Below, in pieces: positions 10,414 through 19,534 of a stretch of DNA of 64,000 nt; within the stretch, counting starts at the first letter, position 1, and each line of letters starts with the position of its first letter. A program made the translations under genes and the position numbers. This stretch comes from a bacterium. GTDB taxonomy: Bacteria; SZUA-182; DTGQ01; JAFGSM01. The notes below the pieces were generated by a model. It searched no databases. It was not told the DNA's origin and saw only the letters and a program-made list of their open reading frames with translations. The stretch is from positions 32,001-96,000 of the forward strand of contig JBLIRN010000004.1 of assembly GCA_049472315.1 (NCBI GenBank). The letters are read 5' to 3'.

Positions 10414-11066
10414 TCCCCTTTGCCCCACAAAAGGTTATGGATGGCATCCCTTCCTTCCACCAGACCGACCCCCATGACCTCATCCCCCTCTTCCAATGTA
10501 TAGTCGGGGAGCGGGAGGGTCATGCGCCCCCTGGTTTGCACCGTTATCACCGTAAACAGGCCGGGCCGGTTGAGGTCCCCCGCCGGCCTTCCCACCAGGG
10601 CGCCCTTGACCTCTATCGTGTGGAATTCAACCCGGTCCTGGCGGGGTGTCAGGAATTCCTCCACCCTGTTCTCCAGGAACCGGTCCCGGATCATCCGGGA
10701 GATCACCATGGTACTGCTGATGATCTCGAGGCCCAGATGATGATAGGTTGCCGCCTTCTTGGGATCGTATACCCGTGCCACCGCCATGGGCACAGTATAG
10801 ATCTGTTTCGCAATCTGAACGGCAATGATATTGGTGTTGTCATCGTTGGTGACTGCGGCCAGGGCATTGGCCTGTTTGATCCCGGCGCTTTCAAGGACTT
10901 CGCCGTTAAATCCGTTCCCCGTTACGGTCATGCCGTTAAATGCGGGACCCAGCCGCCGGAATGCCTGCGCCGACTTGTCAATCACCACCACGTCATGACC
11001 TTCGCCGGAAAGCATGATTGCCAACTCGGATCCCATTCGTCCACAGCCAACAATCAAGGTATACAT
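10410..11066 (-). CDS. trkA: TrkA/KtrA RCK-domain protein (second paralog)
   Basis: GCGRMG, DDNTN and ARVYDP motifs. Confidence 0.92.
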   Translation of the reverse strand: MYTLIVGCGRMGSELAIMLSGEGHDVVVIDKSAQAFRRLGPAFNGMTVTGNGFNGEVLESAGIKQANALAAVTNDDNTNIIAVQIAKQIYTVPMAVARVYDPKKAATYHHLGLEIISSTMVISRMIRDRFLENRVEEFLTPRQDRVEFHTIEVKGALVGRPAGDLNRPGLFTVITVQTRGRMTLPLPDYTLEEGDEVMGVGLVEGRDAIHNLLWGKGE

Positions 11067-11456
11067 CCTTACGCGCTCCTGTCCTCCGTATCATGTGACA
11101 GCCAATCCCTCATGGTCTCCGGCATCGGCCGAATCCCATTCAGTGGAAATCCGGGATAAAACGGAGTAATTGTAATGTATCTCATAAAAACAAGCAATAC
11201 CCCCGCATCCGTTTGCCACCTCTGCCTCCGTTCGCATTCGCTATGTTTACCCCCATTACACCTCCGTATCGCACCTGTCGGTTCTGATCAGTTTATGATC
11301 ACCAATTCGAAGGAATGGTCATATTTTGACCGTGCCGGAATCGCCGCTGAGAACGATCCTTTCCTGGTTCACCCCTCAATGCCATGAGATCCCTTATTAT
11401 TGCTCATGATAGAGGCATGGTCTTCCGGCCGGAAGGAAGGCGCACAGGGGATGAAA

Positions 11457-11473
11457 TTGGCACCGTTTATGCG
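11457..11473 (+). promoter_or_regulatory. Putative sigma-54 (-24/-12) promoter
   Basis: TTGGCACCGTTTATGCG, GG-N10-GC, about 100 nt upstream of ATG 11572. Confidence 0.6.
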
Positions 11474-11571
11474 TTGGCATTCATTGACAAAAACCGGACA
11501 ACCATCAACAACAGGAAGTATGATTTTTGATCTTTGACATCTGATCACACGACGTTTCTCGGGGGGGTATT

Positions 11572-12624
11572 ATGCTGCGCACATCCACGGAATACAACCG
11601 GGCATTGGCTCTCGGCCTCTTCTTTATTTGTTTCATGCTGATTCTCTTTTCGTTGGGGGTGGAGGCGCTCTTTCCGTACTATGCCCCCATCTTCACCAAT
11701 CCCTTGTATCAAACGATTCAGTTGCCCTTTTCCTATCTGGGCACAGCTTCGAATGCCCAGACTCAAGCCAACAATGCCTCGGCCTTTTCCTACCAGGATT
11801 ACTACGCGGCATATCCATATCTCCAGCAACAAGGCTGGACAACCTCCTCTTACGGGAATGGCACGGTCCAGGGGAACACCGGCAGCGGGTATGTCACAAA
11901 CGGCTTGAATTACAGCACCGGCTTTACCGGTCAATCCGCAACAGGAATATACAAACCACCTACGCTTGCGACACTCTCATCGAGCACCTATCAAACGGTC
12001 TCGAACTACGCCGCCTCCAATACCATAAACCAGCAGTACCAGACCGGGCTGGCACAGGCAGGGACCTACAATCCGCAAGGGGCCTATCTGCCCGCTGCAC
12101 AGAACGGCTACTATGCACCCTCGCAGCAGTCATACTATCCCTATCAGGGTACCGTCTTCACTCAATATACTCAAAATCAACCCACTGTCTACTATCCTGC
12201 AGGCACTTACACCACAAGCCAGACCAACTCAACGGGCTACTATTATCCGAATTCCAACTACTGGCCGAATTCACAGATCACGATGCAGGAGCCGCCTGTT
12301 GACATAGCAGGGCTATACAGGGGGGCATGGGTGAGCGATACCACCGGGAGCTCCAAGGAAATCTGGGCAGATATCGACCAGACGGACGCGCAGGTGCAGG
12401 GGCAGATCAAGCTGATGGGATATATTGTGGAGACCAAGGGGAAGACCAGTGTCTCCGGGACCGTCAACGGCAATACGGTCAGCCTTGATGTCAATCTCAA
12501 TGGATCCGTTCTGAAAGTGGAGGGCACCGTTCAGGACAGCGGTGAGATTGTTGGCACCTATTCCGTGACGGGCTCCTCGGGCTCCATCATCGACGAGGGC
12601 AGCATAACGTTCGAACCCCGGTAG
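11572..12624 (+). CDS. Secreted Tyr/Gln/Thr/Asn-rich low-complexity protein with C-terminal beta-barrel-like domain
   Basis: Signal peptide ..VEA-L; about 210 aa almost uncharged Y/Q/T/N/S region; C-domain DIAGLYRGAW...GTYSV..DEGSITF. Confidence 0.85.
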   Translation: MLRTSTEYNRALALGLFFICFMLILFSLGVEALFPYYAPIFTNPLYQTIQLPFSYLGTASNAQTQANNASAFSYQDYYAAYPYLQQQGWTTSSYGNGTVQGNTGSGYVTNGLNYSTGFTGQSATGIYKPPTLATLSSSTYQTVSNYAASNTINQQYQTGLAQAGTYNPQGAYLPAAQNGYYAPSQQSYYPYQGTVFTQYTQNQPTVYYPAGTYTTSQTNSTGYYYPNSNYWPNSQITMQEPPVDIAGLYRGAWVSDTTGSSKEIWADIDQTDAQVQGQIKLMGYIVETKGKTSVSGTVNGNTVSLDVNLNGSVLKVEGTVQDSGEIVGTYSVTGSSGSIIDEGSITFEPR

Positions 12625-12669
12625 CCGCTCCGGCACGGGGGTGACTCCGCGGCGGGTGAGGCTTCAGGC

Positions 12670-14079
12670 TCAGGGGTATGAAAGGATCTTCGTCAGATCC
12701 AGGTCAGGGCAGTATTCCCGCGCCACCTCTTCCGTTACCATCCCCTTTTTGTAGAGCTTCACCACGGAGTCCTGCATGGTGTGCATTTTGTATCTCCCGC
12801 CGGTCTGTATGGAAGAGGTGAGCTGCATGGTATTCCCTTCCCTGATGATGCTCTTGACCGCCTCGGAGATGATCAGCGCCTCGGTGGCTACCACGCGATC
12901 AGTCCCGTCATTTCGAGGCAACAGGGCCTGAGAGATGATACCTTGAAGACAGTTGCCTAGGGTGATGGATATCTGTTTCCGCTGCTGCACGGCAAACATG
13001 CTCATGATCCTGTCGATCACCTGGATGCAATTCGGTGCATGCATGGAGGTGAGCACCAGGTGCCCGGTCTCCGCAGCGGTGATGGCGGTCTGGACCGATT
13101 CTGAATCCTGGAGTTCCCCAATGAGGATCACGTCCGGATCCTGGCGCAACGCCTCCTTGAGGGCCGTAGAGAACGAGGCGGTATCGGTTCCGATCTCCCT
13201 CTGTTTAATAATGCTTCGTTTATTTTGATGGACATACTCAATCGGGTCCTCCAGGCAGATAATCACCGACTCCCTTTCCGTATTGATGAGATCGACCATC
13301 GCCGCCAGGGTGGTGGTCTTGCCGGCGCCGGTGGGTCCTGCGATGATGACGACCCCTTTCCGCTTGCGGGCAAGATCGGCAACCACATCCGGAAGGCCGA
13401 GTTCGGCTATCGACCTGATTCCGGGCATGATCGTCCGAAAGGTCGCCTCCACATTTCCCCGCTGCATGTGGATATTGACCCGGAACCTCTTTTCCGGGTC
13501 GGGGGAGAATGCAAAATCCAGTTCCTTACATTTCTCGAATCGTTTTATCTGCTCATCGGTGAGGATACTGTAAATAAGCGCCTTGAGATCATCCTTGTAC
13601 AATGCCTCCATATCGAGGGGTACGAGGTGCCCGCAGATTCTCAGGATGGGTGGCCGGCCATAGGTGAGATGCAGATCGGAGGCCCTCTCGCTGTGTGCCA
13701 GGTTGAGAAGCCGAACGATATCCACCGTCTCTATATGCCGCTTTATCCTTTCACGGTCACCACCGTCGATCTGCTCAAATCGTACCCCGATATCGTAGGT
13801 GTGGCCGAAATGTATCTCTTCTATCCGTGCGACCTTTCCAAGAATGCACACCTCGTGATCGATTCCCGGAATGGTAAAGAATAGCTTCAACCGTTGCCCG
13901 AGACACAAGAGCTCCGGGACCTCAAAGAGCACCCCATTCGTGCTGATATCCTTGGAAAGGGATTCATGTGATTCATTCTCCACAATGCCGTCGGATACCT
14001 TGTGGTACCGGATGGGTATCCTTGTCTTAACCCGCGCAGCCTCACGTATGTCCCTTTTATTCATATTCGAATGACCCAT
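12670..14079 (-). CDS. pilT: PilZ-domain-fused PilT/PilU-family retraction ATPase
   Basis: PilZ motifs REAAR and DISTNG; ASDLHL; Walker A GPTGAGKTT; EDPIE; ALRQDPDVILIGE; AAETGHLV. Confidence 0.9.
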   Translation of the reverse strand: MGHSNMNKRDIREAARVKTRIPIRYHKVSDGIVENESHESLSKDISTNGVLFEVPELLCLGQRLKLFFTIPGIDHEVCILGKVARIEEIHFGHTYDIGVRFEQIDGGDRERIKRHIETVDIVRLLNLAHSERASDLHLTYGRPPILRICGHLVPLDMEALYKDDLKALIYSILTDEQIKRFEKCKELDFAFSPDPEKRFRVNIHMQRGNVEATFRTIMPGIRSIAELGLPDVVADLARKRKGVVIIAGPTGAGKTTTLAAMVDLINTERESVIICLEDPIEYVHQNKRSIIKQREIGTDTASFSTALKEALRQDPDVILIGELQDSESVQTAITAAETGHLVLTSMHAPNCIQVIDRIMSMFAVQQRKQISITLGNCLQGIISQALLPRNDGTDRVVATEALIISEAVKSIIREGNTMQLTSSIQTGGRYKMHTMQDSVVKLYKKGMVTEEVAREYCPDLDLTKILSYP

Positions 14080-14383
14080 TGCCCCCGGCGCCCTTCTCTG
14101 CCGGTCATTCCCCCGTGGCCAGGGGACTCACCGTTGACGCCATGAATCCATCCACCTGAACACCCCTACATTCTACCCATTCAGGGAGAAGGAAGGGAAG
14201 ATAATTTTTGTGATGTGCGGACAAAATACCCGTGCATGTTTCATATTTAATTATCGGAAAATAAAGAAAAAATGACCGAATAGGGGTAATTGCTCACTGT
14301 CTTGCCGGAGGGTGAGTTAATAGGTTGGTCTGACAGGGTTTGGTTGGGAGAAGTCACGGGCACATTATGTGACCGGAAAGCGC

Positions 14384-14422
14384 TTCATAGTGCGTCGCTG
14401 CGCGACGCCTGGCAAGCTTGGT
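14384..14422 (-). repeat. Dispersed copy of the 18.3-kb repeat family
   Basis: Minus strand reads ACCAAGCTTGCCAGG-CGTCGCGCAGCGACG-CACTATGAA, matching both flanks of the 18294 repeats. Confidence 0.7.
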
Positions 14423-14425
14423 GTG

Positions 14426-15550
14426 TCAATTCCGCTGAAGCCACCGCTCGAAGAATGGATCGCTGATCCTGTACCCGTCCTTGTCCTTCTGGACAAGCCC
14501 GTTTCTGATCAATGCCTTCAAGGATGCCTGTACGCTCGAAGCGGAACCGAGATTATATTTTATGATCGTATCCTGTGAGAACATCTCCTTTGTCTTTGCC
14601 AGTGCCCGCAACACCGCCCTTTGATGGTGGCTCGAGGAGTCATACCAACTGAAATAGAGTTCTCCCTGATGGTAGATGACGAGATCGATTGCATACAACA
14701 ATGTCTGTTCGCTGATTTCCTTATGGGCGATCTGCCAAAGATGGCATGCAAGCATCTGGATGTGGTAGGGGATGTTCTGGGAAACGGCGACAAGCTGCTC
14801 GGCAATATGGCGGGGGATGCTCTTGGAGGTGTATTCGAACCGTTCGCGGATGAAGTCCACCATGGATTCAGGGTCGATGGGAGGAAGCGGATACAATTTT
14901 GCCATCTTGTAGAAGGGGCGGCGGGAATCGGTGAACATCCTGGTGGCGATGTGGATCTTGCTCGCGATAAAGATGTAATTCACCTTGGTATGATTCACGA
15001 TGAACGGCTTCAGGAGTTCCTCGAACCCCCCTCCGTGCAAACCTTCCACCTCCTGAAATTCGTCGAGCACCACTACCACCTTCTTGTTATATTCCTGGGC
15101 CATCACCTGAGGCAGGTCAATAATATCCTCAAGGGCACTATGAATGTTTTCAGAGGTTTTCGAGAAATCAAACCTGATCCTCCACTGCCCTTCTCCCCCG
15201 ATCTCAAAGCTCGGAACAATGCGCTTGAAAAAGGTGGCGATCTTTTCAAGCCGTTCCTTTAATTCGAACATGGTCTCACTGATAGCCATGGCATAGACCT
15301 CGAGGAACTGCGCACAGGAGGTCGCCCGTTGAAGATCCACATGGATTGGAATAACCGAATTCTGGGTATTCATGATGGAAAGGGCATTTGACACAAGTGA
15401 GCTCTTGCCCAACCGCCGGTAGGCATAAACAAAGACATGTTCATCATGATTAAGGAAATCAATAAGGTCATTGATCTCCTTTTTGCGATTTGCAAAGAAT
15501 TCTCCGGTCACCGCCTCACCAAAACGGAAAGGATTTTTTCCTCTATGCAT
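14426..15550 (-). CDS. AAA/archaeal-type ATPase with C-terminal winged helix
   Basis: NPFRFG..FANR..E; Walker A-like YRRLGKSS; Walker B LDEFQ; PYHIQ; DPFFERWL. Confidence 0.88.
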   Translation of the reverse strand: MHRGKNPFRFGEAVTGEFFANRKKEINDLIDFLNHDEHVFVYAYRRLGKSSLVSNALSIMNTQNSVIPIHVDLQRATSCAQFLEVYAMAISETMFELKERLEKIATFFKRIVPSFEIGGEGQWRIRFDFSKTSENIHSALEDIIDLPQVMAQEYNKKVVVVLDEFQEVEGLHGGGFEELLKPFIVNHTKVNYIFIASKIHIATRMFTDSRRPFYKMAKLYPLPPIDPESMVDFIRERFEYTSKSIPRHIAEQLVAVSQNIPYHIQMLACHLWQIAHKEISEQTLLYAIDLVIYHQGELYFSWYDSSSHHQRAVLRALAKTKEMFSQDTIIKYNLGSASSVQASLKALIRNGLVQKDKDGYRISDPFFERWLQRN

Positions 15551-15916
15551 GTTCTTCTCCTATCCAAATGGTACTGTTAAATGTGGCAAAACGGAAATTT
15601 ATATCACTATTATAATATATGGCATATTAAAAATCAAATAATTTTTTATATGCATTTCATCCTCTTTTTTTTATATCGTCAAATTTCATTTTTCTTCAAT
15701 GGAAAAAATAAGTTTATAGTTCTTTATCAAGGATCAAATATTATATGAATAAAGGTATACACCAATGATCCATCTTTGTAAAGTGGTGTTGATTTTTGTA
15801 AGAATAATAGGCGATTTGATCGATCCCCATGCAAGAGGCACCGAGATCTTCGCGGGATAGTCCCTCACCGGAATGTGTTTTTTCGCTCCAGGTATACATG
15901 AACATCCTGAAAGGAT

Positions 15917-16225
15917 TCAGGACCCTAACCAGTCATCCTTGAAGCGTTCCTGGTAGTTCAACTCGGGATAATTGCGCTCGAAATCCTCCCGTGAAAAGGA
16001 ATACCGATACCCTTTGCAGTACTCCATGATGAGACCGTACGCCTCATTGATCCCCTTCATGGTATCCCCCTTCTCTCCCCCGGCATCCTTCTTTCCATCC
16101 GGATGAAACATCCGGGCCATCCGCCGGTACGCGGTCTTGATCTCCTGCATGGTTGCCCGCTCGTCGAGGCCCAGTTGCCTCCTCGCCTCATCGAGTTCCT
16201 TGTAATGTAGTATCTTCTTTTTCAT
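15917..16225 (-). CDS. Small DnaJ-domain protein
   Basis: IKTAYRRMARMFHPD..INEAY. Start moved to ATG 16225 after GGAGG. Confidence 0.88.
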   Translation of the reverse strand: MKKKILHYKELDEARRQLGLDERATMQEIKTAYRRMARMFHPDGKKDAGGEKGDTMKGINEAYGLIMEYCKGYRYSFSREDFERNYPELNYQERFKDDWLGS

Positions 16226-16317
16226 GCGCCAAATACCTCCGGAATCAATCTCATGGACCTCGTTGCATGAACCGCTGCGGTTTGCGAGGCCCTGGATGTA
16301 TTCAATGGATGAATAAT

Positions 16318-16346
16318 TTGACAACAGCCTATTAGCATATTAAAAT
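16318..16346 (+). promoter_or_regulatory. Putative sigma-70 promoter for the FmdB-like gene
   Basis: TTGACA-17nt-TAAAAT. Confidence 0.6.
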
Positions 16347-16450
16347 ATAATAAATTATTAAGCTACTTTTTGCCGATATATAAGATATATTATTGGATTT
16401 CTGGTCACCTGCATTAAACACCATACTGAAACATAGAGGAGACGATTCAG

Positions 16451-16645
16451 ATGCCAATGTATTCATTTCATTGTAATGATTGCGGCCACACATTCGAACA
16501 ATACTTCTATACCATGGATGATCGGAAAGTCCCCCCCTGTCCTGAATGCAAATCGAAAAAGGTCACCAGGCAATTAGGCACTGTGACGTTTACAAAGAAA
16601 TCATCATCCAAAGGCGGTGGTCTTCCGCGGTTCGGCTTCGGCTGA
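16451..16645 (+). CDS. FmdB-family zinc-ribbon protein (may extend to 16660 via UGA=Sec)
   Basis: MPMYSFHCNDCGHTFE...CPEC; AGGAG SD. Confidence 0.9.
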   Translation: MPMYSFHCNDCGHTFEQYFYTMDDRKVPPCPECKSKKVTRQLGTVTFTKKSSSKGGGLPRFGFG

Positions 16646-16668
16646 GGCCCTAAACGATGAGGGATCGG

Positions 16669-17337
16669 TCAGGTCCCCTGATTTTCTGTTGATCGGATGC
16701 CTGCAGGATGACGGGCGGTTTTATTTCCCTCCATCCTGCAGGTTGACAGCTCTCTTTTTAATTCCCTTCTCAGACCCGGCACATCGGAAAATACCACGCC
16801 CCGGATCCCCAGGCATCGTGCGGCTTGAACGAAGGATTCATTGTCATCTATGTAAACGCACTCCCCGGGCATGATGTGCATCGCCTCCAGAACCCTCTCA
16901 TATATACGAGGATCCGGCTTGCGCAGCCCCATCTCGTAGGAAAGAAAACAGGTCTCGAATGTTGAAAGGATCGGTACGTCCCTCCGAATGGCTTCAAAAT
17001 GGGCCTGATTGGTGTTTGAGAGAAGCGAGAGCCGGTACCGGCATTTCAATTCCTCGATTAAGGGAATGATTTCCTCGTTGGGAACGAAGCCGCTCGACCA
17101 AACATTCAGAAAGTCATCGTAGTCAAGACGGAGATCGAACCGCTCCTTGATGGCGTCAAAAAAACGCACAGGGGTAATCTCCCCCCGATCAAGCGCCTCC
17201 TCAATCCTCTCCGTAAATATATAGTGGTAAATGTCAGCCGGATTTCCGCCCCATGCGGCGATCTTCGCACAGATATGCATGTGGTCGACAAAGACGATGA
17301 CATTGCCCAGATCAAAAAGGATCACCTTTATCGGCAT
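16669..17337 (-). CDS. HAD-superfamily phosphatase (YihX-like)
   Basis: FDLGNV, LSNTN, RKPDP and YIDD motifs. Confidence 0.92.
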   Translation of the reverse strand: MPIKVILFDLGNVIVFVDHMHICAKIAAWGGNPADIYHYIFTERIEEALDRGEITPVRFFDAIKERFDLRLDYDDFLNVWSSGFVPNEEIIPLIEELKCRYRLSLLSNTNQAHFEAIRRDVPILSTFETCFLSYEMGLRKPDPRIYERVLEAMHIMPGECVYIDDNESFVQAARCLGIRGVVFSDVPGLRRELKRELSTCRMEGNKTARHPAGIRSTENQGT

Positions 17338-17489
17338 CGGTTACTACCCCGGTCCTCAAAAAAACTCATCCATAACACGGCTGCGCACGGAAGGATTCGG
17401 ATATGAGGTGAGCATTCGCACCAGGCCTGCACAGGTGAAATGGTAACATACTGTTCAGGGCGGGGCAAATGAGCAGGAAAACGGACAGG

Positions 17490-17526
17490 AAAAAAGGGGC
17501 GGTCATCATCATGATGACCGCCCCTT
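17490..17526 (-). terminator. Rho-independent terminator of the 17608-17931 gene
   Basis: Perfect 16-nt inverted repeat AAGGGGCGGTCATCAT/ATGATGACCGCCCCTT with a U-run on the minus strand. Confidence 0.85.
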
Positions 17527-17607
17527 GCGTATCGGACAAAACTATTTACGGCAGGGTGCCCGGCTGGTCAGCCTGTGCACCCGTCGGTTCGTAACGACAA
17601 TTCCTTA

Positions 17608-17931
17608 TTATATGGTCGGGGTCGTCGCTGTTGTTGTATTAAAAAGGCTGCCGAACAAGAACGGATTTAAATGCCCGAAGCCGCCCATCATCCCATAATA
17701 GGGGAAGCTGCCCAGAGTGCTGGTGTCCAGCCCGCTCAGACTCGAATACAGCCAGGGATTGAGGCCGCCCATCCCCATCATGCCGCCCATCATGGGAAAG
17801 AATGGAAGGCTGGTCAATGTGGGTTGGGTTGCCGTCTGGGCTTGTGCCAGGGGTAAGCGGGCACTAACGATCAAAAATCCTGAAACTAAAAATGCACATG
17901 CAACAATCATAAGACTCCGTCTGATAGTCAT
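17608..17931 (-). CDS. Small secreted Gly/Met/Phe-rich low-complexity protein
   Basis: AAGGAGG SD; signal ..AQA-Q; internal repeat FFPMMGG..GGLNPWLY / FPYYGMMGGFGHLNPFLF; own terminator. Confidence 0.8.
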   Translation of the reverse strand: MTIRRSLMIVACAFLVSGFLIVSARLPLAQAQTATQPTLTSLPFFPMMGGMMGMGGLNPWLYSSLSGLDTSTLGSFPYYGMMGGFGHLNPFLFGSLFNTTTATTPTI

Positions 17932-18293
17932 ACGCGTAACCTCCTTTGCGATAACATGATCATGGTGTTGTTGGTTCCTTACTCATACTCCCCCCTTATG
18001 GCTCCATAGTGTTACCCCTCCTTTGTCATGGTGCTGAAACAGTAGTATGAAACAGAACCCCTTATGCGCCCTCTACACGAGTAGTCTTAAAAATGACCGG
18101 CTGCTACGCCTGATTGTTAGGGAGAGCACCATAATGTGGATGTAAGGCACAAGAATCGCTCATGGCGCAAGGGGCCCCGTGCTTTTGCCGATTACCACAC
18201 CTTTTCCATACAACCTTTACATGCAGCAGTTACCGTAGTAATAATAACCGTAAGTATTTGGCGAATGAAGATCCCTTTCGTTACGCCCCCTTC

Positions 18294-18479
18294 ACCCAAG
18301 CTTGCTAGGGCGGAGCGAAGCGGAGCCACTATGAACCCCTCCCGGTTACCTCACAAGCCGAGACTTCACTACCCAAGCTTGCTAGGGCGCAGCGAAGCGG
18401 AGCCACTATGAACCTCTTCCGCTCACCCAAAGGCCCCCGATTCCAACCAACCTTTGCCAGGGCGGAGCGAAGCGGAGCC
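18294..18479 (+). repeat. Three spaced direct repeats (about 44 nt, period 75-77 nt)
   Basis: ACCCAAGCTTGCTAGGGCG[G/C]AGCGAAGCGGAGCCACTATGAACC at 18294-18337 and 18371-18414; degenerate third copy at 18446-18479. Confidence 0.9.
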
Positions 18480-18678
18480 CCAAAATCAGGCTTATCATGC
18501 GGAAAGAAGCGGAGATATCAAGTTGTCCTTTCCTTAATATTGAGCAAGCACATATAATTTGATACCATTGATCATTCATGAAGCGATGTGATGCAGGAAA
18601 ACGCATTCCCGGGTATATCACCATGTTTGATGATGCAACTGTTGAAAAGGCGGATGCGATGGAAAGGCTTGCTCCCAT

Positions 18679-19410
18679 ATGAACGCCCAATTGCCATTGG
18701 GTCAACATGTCGACATCCTGGCCATAGGGACCCGTCCGGGTGATGTCGAAATCGGGGTCGGCGGCATTCTCCTTAAAATGGCAATGCGTGGGTATACGAC
18801 GGTCATTTGCGATCTCACCAGTGGAGGCTTACAGGTTCCGGGCAATGCCGGGGTGACCGGTGAAGAGATAAAGGAGGCGTCAGCGATCCTGCACGTATCC
18901 GATCGCACCAATCTCGACTTGGGGGATTTCCCTTTCCAGGCGAATCCTGAATGTGCTCAAATTCTGGCGGACTGCCTCCGCCTCTATAACCCGGATATCA
19001 TCCTGGCACCCCATTGGGAGGATTGGATACCACTTCACCATTTCACCACCCAACTCCTTCACAGGGCGGTTGAAATCGCCGGATTCCCCCATGAAGAGAC
19101 CCCGACCAAACCATACAAGCCATCGTGGATCCTCTACTATCCAACTGCCCGCCCGATCATCCCACAGATCATCGTCAACATAACCTCCTCGTTTGAGGGG
19201 AAGATGGAGGCTGCAAAGGTGTATCAGTCCCTGTTCCACGACAATCCGCCTTGTGCCCCTCACGCATCGACCTCCTCCAGAGACTTCAGTTTTCATGTGG
19301 AATCCCGGGCCCGGCATTTCGGATCGCTGATCAATTGCCGGTTCGGGGAGGGATTGATCCTCGCCCGACCGATTCCCGTGGATGACATCTGCGAAATGAT
19401 CACCCTTTGA
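18679..19410 (+). CDS. PIG-L/BshB1-like deacetylase homolog with degenerate metal site
   Basis: Overall BshB1-like pattern (DILAIG..P.DVEIG.GG, DLT.G, PDIILAPHW.D, RARHFG.LI..FGEG). HPDD reads RPGD. Confidence 0.8.
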   Translation: MNAQLPLGQHVDILAIGTRPGDVEIGVGGILLKMAMRGYTTVICDLTSGGLQVPGNAGVTGEEIKEASAILHVSDRTNLDLGDFPFQANPECAQILADCLRLYNPDIILAPHWEDWIPLHHFTTQLLHRAVEIAGFPHEETPTKPYKPSWILYYPTARPIIPQIIVNITSSFEGKMEAAKVYQSLFHDNPPCAPHASTSSRDFSFHVESRARHFGSLINCRFGEGLILARPIPVDDICEMITL

Positions 19411-19465
19411 TTCGTTTTTAAAACCGAATTCTTCCGATTTAGAAAACAAGCAAATCTTTGTCTCC

Positions 19466-19494
19466 TTGACACCTTGATGGAGTCAAGCTAACAT
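19466..19494 (+). promoter_or_regulatory. Putative sigma-70 promoter of the pil operon
   Basis: TTGACA-17nt-TAACAT; overlaps the inverted repeat CTTGAC-N11-GTCAAG. Confidence 0.55.
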
Positions 19495-19534
19495 TATGAC
19501 ATGCGTAATGGATTAAAAAATAAGGAATATCTTT

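Noticed and set aside
15560..15830. AT-rich tract as a foreign island or origin
   Set aside because: Short and intergenic, similar to other promoter regions here. No DnaA-box cluster or mobility genes seen.
17608..17931. RiPP precursor for the C39-like peptidase or radical SAM enzyme
   Set aside because: It has a Sec-type signal rather than a double-Gly leader, and no modifying enzymes or transporter are adjacent.
18294..18479. Calling the spaced repeats a CRISPR array
   Set aside because: Only two good repeats, no cas genes in the window, no recognisable CRISPR repeat end, and a related solo copy elsewhere. Reported as a repeat instead.
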